Shown one piece after another: positions 59,446 through 64,000 of a stretch of DNA of 64,000 nucleotides. The notes beneath the pieces are model-generated. The model was not told the origin of the DNA, did no database searches, and saw only the letters and a program-made list of their open reading frames with translations. Source of the DNA: Bacilli bacterium (GTDB lineage Bacteria; Bacillota_I; Bacilli_A; RFN20; CAG-826); contig JAKSUV010000001.1 in assembly GCA_024408655.1 (NCBI GenBank), forward strand, positions 5,544 to 69,543, given 5' to 3'. The position numbers were made by a program, and so were the translations under genes. Numbering within the stretch: position 1 is the first letter of the stretch; the number at the start of each line of letters is the position of its first letter.

Positions 59446-61531
59446 CAATCAGAAACAACCACAGCAACAACCACAACCGCCGAAGCGTAGTGTTTTCGGT
59501 ACCCTTCTTCCTTATATTCTCATCGCTCTAGCCGTTGGTGGTTTAATCGCTTTAATCACCACTAGATTAGTGAACCGTGTGACCGTGTGGGATCAAACTT
59601 ATTTAGATGAAGAAGTCTTACCAATGACTGATGATACAGAGAAGCTTAGCAATTTTCTTATTAAAAATGCTGTGGTTGCTACTGCTGAACAATCCACTAC
59701 TATTACTGGTGAAGTTTTTGAATCGGAAACCAATAAAACATATCGCTATCAAATAACAGTTGATAATGAAGAATTCCGTAATGACTTTGTAGTGCCGGAA
59801 TACGGGGAAGATACTCCTAAATTCCCTTATTTTAAAGATACTGAGACTGGACTGGTGAAACACCATCCTTATCAGTCGTGTTTTAAAACAAAAATTTCCG
59901 AAGCGGAGGCTTCTGGCAAATTCGCAACTGAGGAAATTTATTACTTAACTTCGGATAAATTCGCGGTGTCGTGGTGGGATGTTTGGGGACCAACAATTAT
60001 TATGTTGGTGGTCACTGCGATTATCGCCATCTTCTTATTCTCACGCTTATCAAAATCAATTGGTGGTGTTAATTCACAAGCTTTAAGCTTTAACCAAAGC
60101 CGGGCGCGTAGACAAGACAACGCGAAAGTACGCTTTGATGATGTCGCCGGTTGCGATGAAGAAAAAGCCGAAATGCAAGAAGTAGTTGAGTACTTAAAAG
60201 AACCAAGTAAGTTCTCTAAACTTGGTGCGAAATTACCAAAAGGTATCTTACTTGTTGGTCCACCAGGAACTGGTAAAACTTTATTAGCGAAAGCGTGTGC
60301 TGGTGAAGCAGGTGTTCCCTTCTATAGCATCTCTGGTTCGGACTTTGTCGAAATGTTCGTTGGTGTTGGCGCGGGCCGTGTCCGTGATATGTTTAGAAAA
60401 GCGAAACAAACCGCACCATGCTTAGTGTTTATTGATGAAATTGATGCCGTTGGTCGTCAACGGGGTGCTGGTTTAGGTGGTGGTAACGATGAACGTGAGC
60501 AAACCCTTAACCAATTATTAGTTGAAATGGATGGCTTTGAAGATAATTCTGGCATCATTGTGATTGCGGCCACTAACCGTGATGACGTTCTTGATCCAGC
60601 CTTATTAAGAGCGGGTCGTTTTGACCGGCAAATTACCGTGAGTTTACCAGACAAGAAAGGTCGTGAAGCGATCTTTAAAGTTCATTCACGGAACAAGAAG
60701 ATTGGTCCATCAGTTGACTTTGCTGCATTAGCGAAACGGACCGTTGGTTTCTCCGGTGCCGATATTGAAAATATCATGAACGAAGCGGCGATTTTAGCCG
60801 TCCGGGCTAAGCGCGAAGAAATCACAATTAAAGATGTTGATGAAGCGATTGATCGTCGGATTGCGGGTCCAGCCAAGAAGTCACGTTCGATGACCGCAAA
60901 GGAAAGGAAGACCGTGGCCTATCACGAAGCGGGTCACGCGATTATTGGTTTAACTTTACCTGATTCCGATAAAGTCCAAAAGATTACGATTATCCCCCGT
61001 GGACAAACCGGTGGTCACGTCTTAATGACACCAGAAAACGACCGCTTTATTCTCACGAAGAAAGAACTCTTCGCCCGAATTGTCGGTTATCTTGGTGGAC
61101 GGAGTAGTGAAGAAGTTTTCTTTAACGATATCTCAACTGGTGCGCATAATGATATTGAAGTTGCCACCCGTATCGCGCGCTTAATGGTGACTGAATACGG
61201 TATGAGTAAACTTGGTCCAATCCAATATGAACGCGACACTAGTAGCGTCTTCCTTGGCCGTGACTATACCAATAGCCAAAAGAATTTCTCATCGCAAGTC
61301 GCTAACGAAATTGATAAGGCGGTGCGAGAAATTATTGATGAAGCGCACGAAGAAGCTAAACGCATTATTAGTAAACGTAAAGACGATGTGACGTTAATCG
61401 CCAACACTCTTCTTGAACATGAATCAATTACTTCTGAACAAATTGACTCTTTATTAAAGACTGGTAAATTACCCGGCGAACAACCGGTGACAAAACCCGT
61501 GAAGAAAGTAGTCAAAGCGAAAAAGAAGTAA
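59432..61531 (+). CDS. ftsH: ATP-dependent zinc metalloprotease FtsH
   Basis: Walker [15 protein letters not shown], zinc motif HEAGHAI, two TM segments flanking an ectodomain of about 135 aa, and a Lys-rich C-terminus. Confidence 0.96.
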   Translation: MEENNNQKQPQQQPQPPKRSVFGTLLPYILIALAVGGLIALITTRLVNRVTVWDQTYLDEEVLPMTDDTEKLSNFLIKNAVVATAEQSTTITGEVFESETNKTYRYQITVDNEEFRNDFVVPEYGEDTPKFPYFKDTETGLVKHHPYQSCFKTKISEAEASGKFATEEIYYLTSDKFAVSWWDVWGPTIIMLVVTAIIAIFLFSRLSKSIGGVNSQALSFNQSRARRQDNAKVRFDDVAGCDEEKAEMQEVVEYLKEPSKFSKLGAKLPKGILLVGPPGTGKTLLAKACAGEAGVPFYSISGSDFVEMFVGVGAGRVRDMFRKAKQTAPCLVFIDEIDAVGRQRGAGLGGGNDEREQTLNQLLVEMDGFEDNSGIIVIAATNRDDVLDPALLRAGRFDRQITVSLPDKKGREAIFKVHSRNKKIGPSVDFAALAKRTVGFSGADIENIMNEAAILAVRAKREEITIKDVDEAIDRRIAGPAKKSRSMTAKERKTVAYHEAGHAIIGLTLPDSDKVQKITIIPRGQTGGHVLMTPENDRFILTKKELFARIVGYLGGRSSEEVFFNDISTGAHNDIEVATRIARLMVTEYGMSKLGPIQYERDTSSVFLGRDYTNSQKNFSSQVANEIDKAVREIIDEAHEEAKRIISKRKDDVTLIANTLLEHESITSEQIDSLLKTGKLPGEQPVTKPVKKVVKAKKK

Positions 61532-62541
61532 TGTGGAAAATCGGCAACATTAAAATCTCTTCCCAAGTAGTGCTCGCCCCGATGGCGGGCATTACTTCTT
61601 TAAGCTACCGTGAATTTATGAAACCCTTTGGGGTTGGCTATTCAGTGAGTGAGATGATTTCGGATGCTGGTATTTCTTATCATAACGAAAAGACTTTGGA
61701 ATACCTTGCTACTTCTAAACTAGACCGCCCGGTGGCGTTACAACTCTTTGGTAGTGATATTAAAAGGACTTTAAAAGCGTTAGACATTATTAATGATGAA
61801 CTAAAGATTGATTACGATATCTTAGATTTAAACTTTGGTTGTCCTGTTCATAAAGTGACTAGTAATGGCGCTGGTAGCGCATGGCTCAAAGATAGTAAGA
61901 AACTTTATCAATATGTTAAGAGTGTGGTGGAGCATTCACCAAAACCTGTCACCGCCAAAATTCGTTTAGGTTATGATCAAAAACATATTTTAGCGTTTAA
62001 GAAAAATATCGCGGTTTTAGAAAAAGCGGGTGTTAAAGCCATTGCACTTCACGCCCGGACAAAAGAAGAGTTATATAGTGGGGAACCACACTACGATTTA
62101 TTAAAAGACTTACAAAAGAAGATGCATGTTCCCTTAATTATTAGCGGCAATATCTTCTCGTTAGATGATGCGATTAAGGCGTTAAAAATTACTAAAGCGC
62201 AAGCGGTGATGGTAGCGCGTGGTGCGTTAGGAAACCCTTATTTAATTACCCAAATTGATAAATATTTATCAAAAAAGATAAAATTAAGTGACATCTCACC
62301 ACGAGAAAATATAAAATATTGTCGTAAGCTCTCGCGTCAACTTATCCAAGAAAAGGGTGAGAAGACTGGGGTAAGTATCTTACGGAGTATTGCTCCTAAA
62401 TTCATTGACGGGTTTAAAGGAGCAAAGACTTGGCGGAATAAGATTGCTCAAACCATTAAGAGCCAAGAAGATTTAGAAACAATACTCACACAAATTGAGA
62501 AGGAACTAAAACAATATGGAAGAAAAGAAAGTCGAAACTAG
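61531..62541 (+). CDS. dusB: tRNA-dihydrouridine synthase
   Basis: LAPMAGIT, LNFGCP and HARTKEELY motifs. 336 aa. Confidence 0.9.
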   Translation: MWKIGNIKISSQVVLAPMAGITSLSYREFMKPFGVGYSVSEMISDAGISYHNEKTLEYLATSKLDRPVALQLFGSDIKRTLKALDIINDELKIDYDILDLNFGCPVHKVTSNGAGSAWLKDSKKLYQYVKSVVEHSPKPVTAKIRLGYDQKHILAFKKNIAVLEKAGVKAIALHARTKEELYSGEPHYDLLKDLQKKMHVPLIISGNIFSLDDAIKALKITKAQAVMVARGALGNPYLITQIDKYLSKKIKLSDISPRENIKYCRKLSRQLIQEKGEKTGVSILRSIAPKFIDGFKGAKTWRNKIAQTIKSQEDLETILTQIEKELKQYGRKESRN

Positions 62542-64000
62542 TCTCACCGATCAAGAAAAAGTTCGGCGGGAAAAATTACCCAAGTATCATGAATTAGGTG
62601 TTGATCCGTTTGGTCATCGGTTTGTTCGCACTCATTTGATTAGTGAAGCAAGAAGTCTTGCCCAAGGTAAAGATAACGCTGCGCTTGAACAAGCAAATAT
62701 CATTGTGACTTTAGCGGGTCGAATTAATGCGTTAAGACGGATGGGCAAAGCCTCATTTATGAATATCCAAGATAAGACCGGGAAGATTCAAGCCTATGTC
62801 GGAATTGATATTATTGGTGAGAAACCATACGCCTTATTTAAATTAGCGGATATTGGTGATATTGTCGGGATTAAAGGTCGCTTAATGCTAACGCGAACTG
62901 GTGAATTAACCGTGCGGGTAACTGAATACACTCATTTAACTAAATCCTTAAAACCGTTCCCAGAGAAATATCATGGTTTAACCGATGTGGAAGAAAGATA
63001 TCGTCACCGTTATGTTGATTTAATCGTGAACGAAAAGGCGAAACAAAACGCCATCATGAGACCCAAGATTATTCGTGCAATTCAAAAATATTGCGATGAT
63101 TTAGGTTTTATTGAAGTGGAGACAAGTGTCCTGTCACCAATCCTTGGCGGGGCTAACGCTCGTCCTTTTGTAACGCATCATAATACTTTAGATAAAGATT
63201 TCTATTTGCGAATTGCAACGGAATTACCATTAAAGAAATTATTAGTCGGTGGATTAGAGAGAGTTTATGAGATTGGTCGACTCTTCCGTAACGAGGGAAT
63301 GGATACAACTCATAATCCAGAATTTACCACGATTGAACTATATCAAGCCTACGGTGATTTAAGTGATATGCGCGCTTTTGCGGAAGGCTTATTCCGGACA
63401 GTTGCTAAGAACGTGACTGGTTCAACTTTGTTAAAATACGATGATAAAGAAATCGATGTGGGTAAACCCTTTAAATGGGTTTCAATGGCGGAACTAATTA
63501 AAGAGGCCACTGGTGTTGATTTTACGAAAGACATTAAGTTTGAAGAAGCAGTTAAACTTGCCAAGGAACATAAAGTTGAATACGATGCAAAACTAGTCAC
63601 TTCAACGGGTCAAATTATGAATGCCTTCTTTGAACAATTCTGTGAGGCGAAACTTATTCAACCGACCTTTGTTCATACTTACCCAATTGAAGTCTCCCCA
63701 CTGACCAAAAAGAGCCCCGATCCACGGTTTGTCGAACGCTTTGAACTTTATATTGATGGTCACGAAATGGCCAATGCTTACACTGAACTTAATGATCCAA
63801 TTGACCAAAAAGAAAGATTTGTTGAACAATTAAAAGCGAAAGAAAGAGGCGATGAAGAAGCTAACGAAATGGACCATGATTTCTTAGAAGCCTTAGAGTA
63901 TGGTATGCCACCCGCTGGTGGTATCGGGATTGGTATTGACCGCTTGGTCATGCTTATGTGTAACGAGAAGAGTATTCGCGAAGTCATTCTCTTCCCGACA
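62516..64000 (+). CDS. lysS: Lysyl-tRNA synthetase, class II (3' end beyond the window)
   Basis: Hand translation from the ATG at 62516 gives MEEKKVETSLTDQEKVRREKLPKYHELGVDPFGHRF. OB-fold and class II motifs follow (FRNEGMDTTHNPEF, GIGIDRLVM). It is open to the window end and overlaps the dusB stop by 26 nt. Confidence 0.93.
   Translation, partial: MEEKKVETSLTDQEKVRREKLPKYHELGVDPFGHRFVRTHLISEARSLAQGKDNAALEQANIIVTLAGRINALRRMGKASFMNIQDKTGKIQAYVGIDIIGEKPYALFKLADIGDIVGIKGRLMLTRTGELTVRVTEYTHLTKSLKPFPEKYHGLTDVEERYRHRYVDLIVNEKAKQNAIMRPKIIRAIQKYCDDLGFIEVETSVLSPILGGANARPFVTHHNTLDKDFYLRIATELPLKKLLVGGLERVYEIGRLFRNEGMDTTHNPEFTTIELYQAYGDLSDMRAFAEGLFRTVAKNVTGSTLLKYDDKEIDVGKPFKWVSMAELIKEATGVDFTKDIKFEEAVKLAKEHKVEYDAKLVTSTGQIMNAFFEQFCEAKLIQPTFVHTYPIEVSPLTKKSPDPRFVERFELYIDGHEMANAYTELNDPIDQKERFVEQLKAKERGDEEANEMDHDFLEALEYGMPPAGGIGIGIDRLVMLMCNEKSIREVILFPT

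Overview
This 64-kb window is centred on a chromosomal replication origin. oriC is bipartite, with DnaA-box clusters at 28338-28478 and 29865-30248 flanking dnaA. The host looks like a low-GC Bacillota/Mollicutes-like bacterium using the standard code, since none of about 55 long ORFs has an in-frame TGA. Gene orientation diverges from the origin. To the left, on the minus strand, lie dnaA-dnaN-(pncA-like)-yaaA-recF-gyrB-gyrA-GT4-serS-ffs-tadA. These are followed by a tightly coupled five-gene operon (MacB-type ABC, P-type ATPase, TetR, degenerate M50-like protein, enlarged MscL). Further left are a plus-strand CofE-like/TldD/PmbA operon, two more MacB-type ABC fusion genes, a HAD hydrolase and the 5' end of ychF. 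To the right, on the plus strand, lie rpmH-rnpA-yidC-jag-mnmE-tatD-rsmA-ispE-(short glmU) and two membrane proteins. These are followed by ppdK, an FGGY kinase, an rsuA-like gene, DUF368, a flavodoxin-like gene and pth. Next comes a three-gene island (beta-helix lipoprotein, DUF2130, S41 lipoprotein), then prs-mfd-rqcP-(lipase-like)-tilS-ftsH-dusB-lysS. I found no rRNA, tRNA, CRISPR array, transposase or prophage. A small 4.5S-type SRP RNA missing from the ORF track sits between serS and tadA. The least ordinary stretch is the 401-bp gap at 5728-6128. It has locally GC-rich hairpins and two overlapping micro-ORFs with strong Shine-Dalgarno (SD) sequences upstream of the tandem ABC exporters, divergent from the CofE-like/TldD/PmbA operon. 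All functional calls come from reading motifs by eye; no database search was run.
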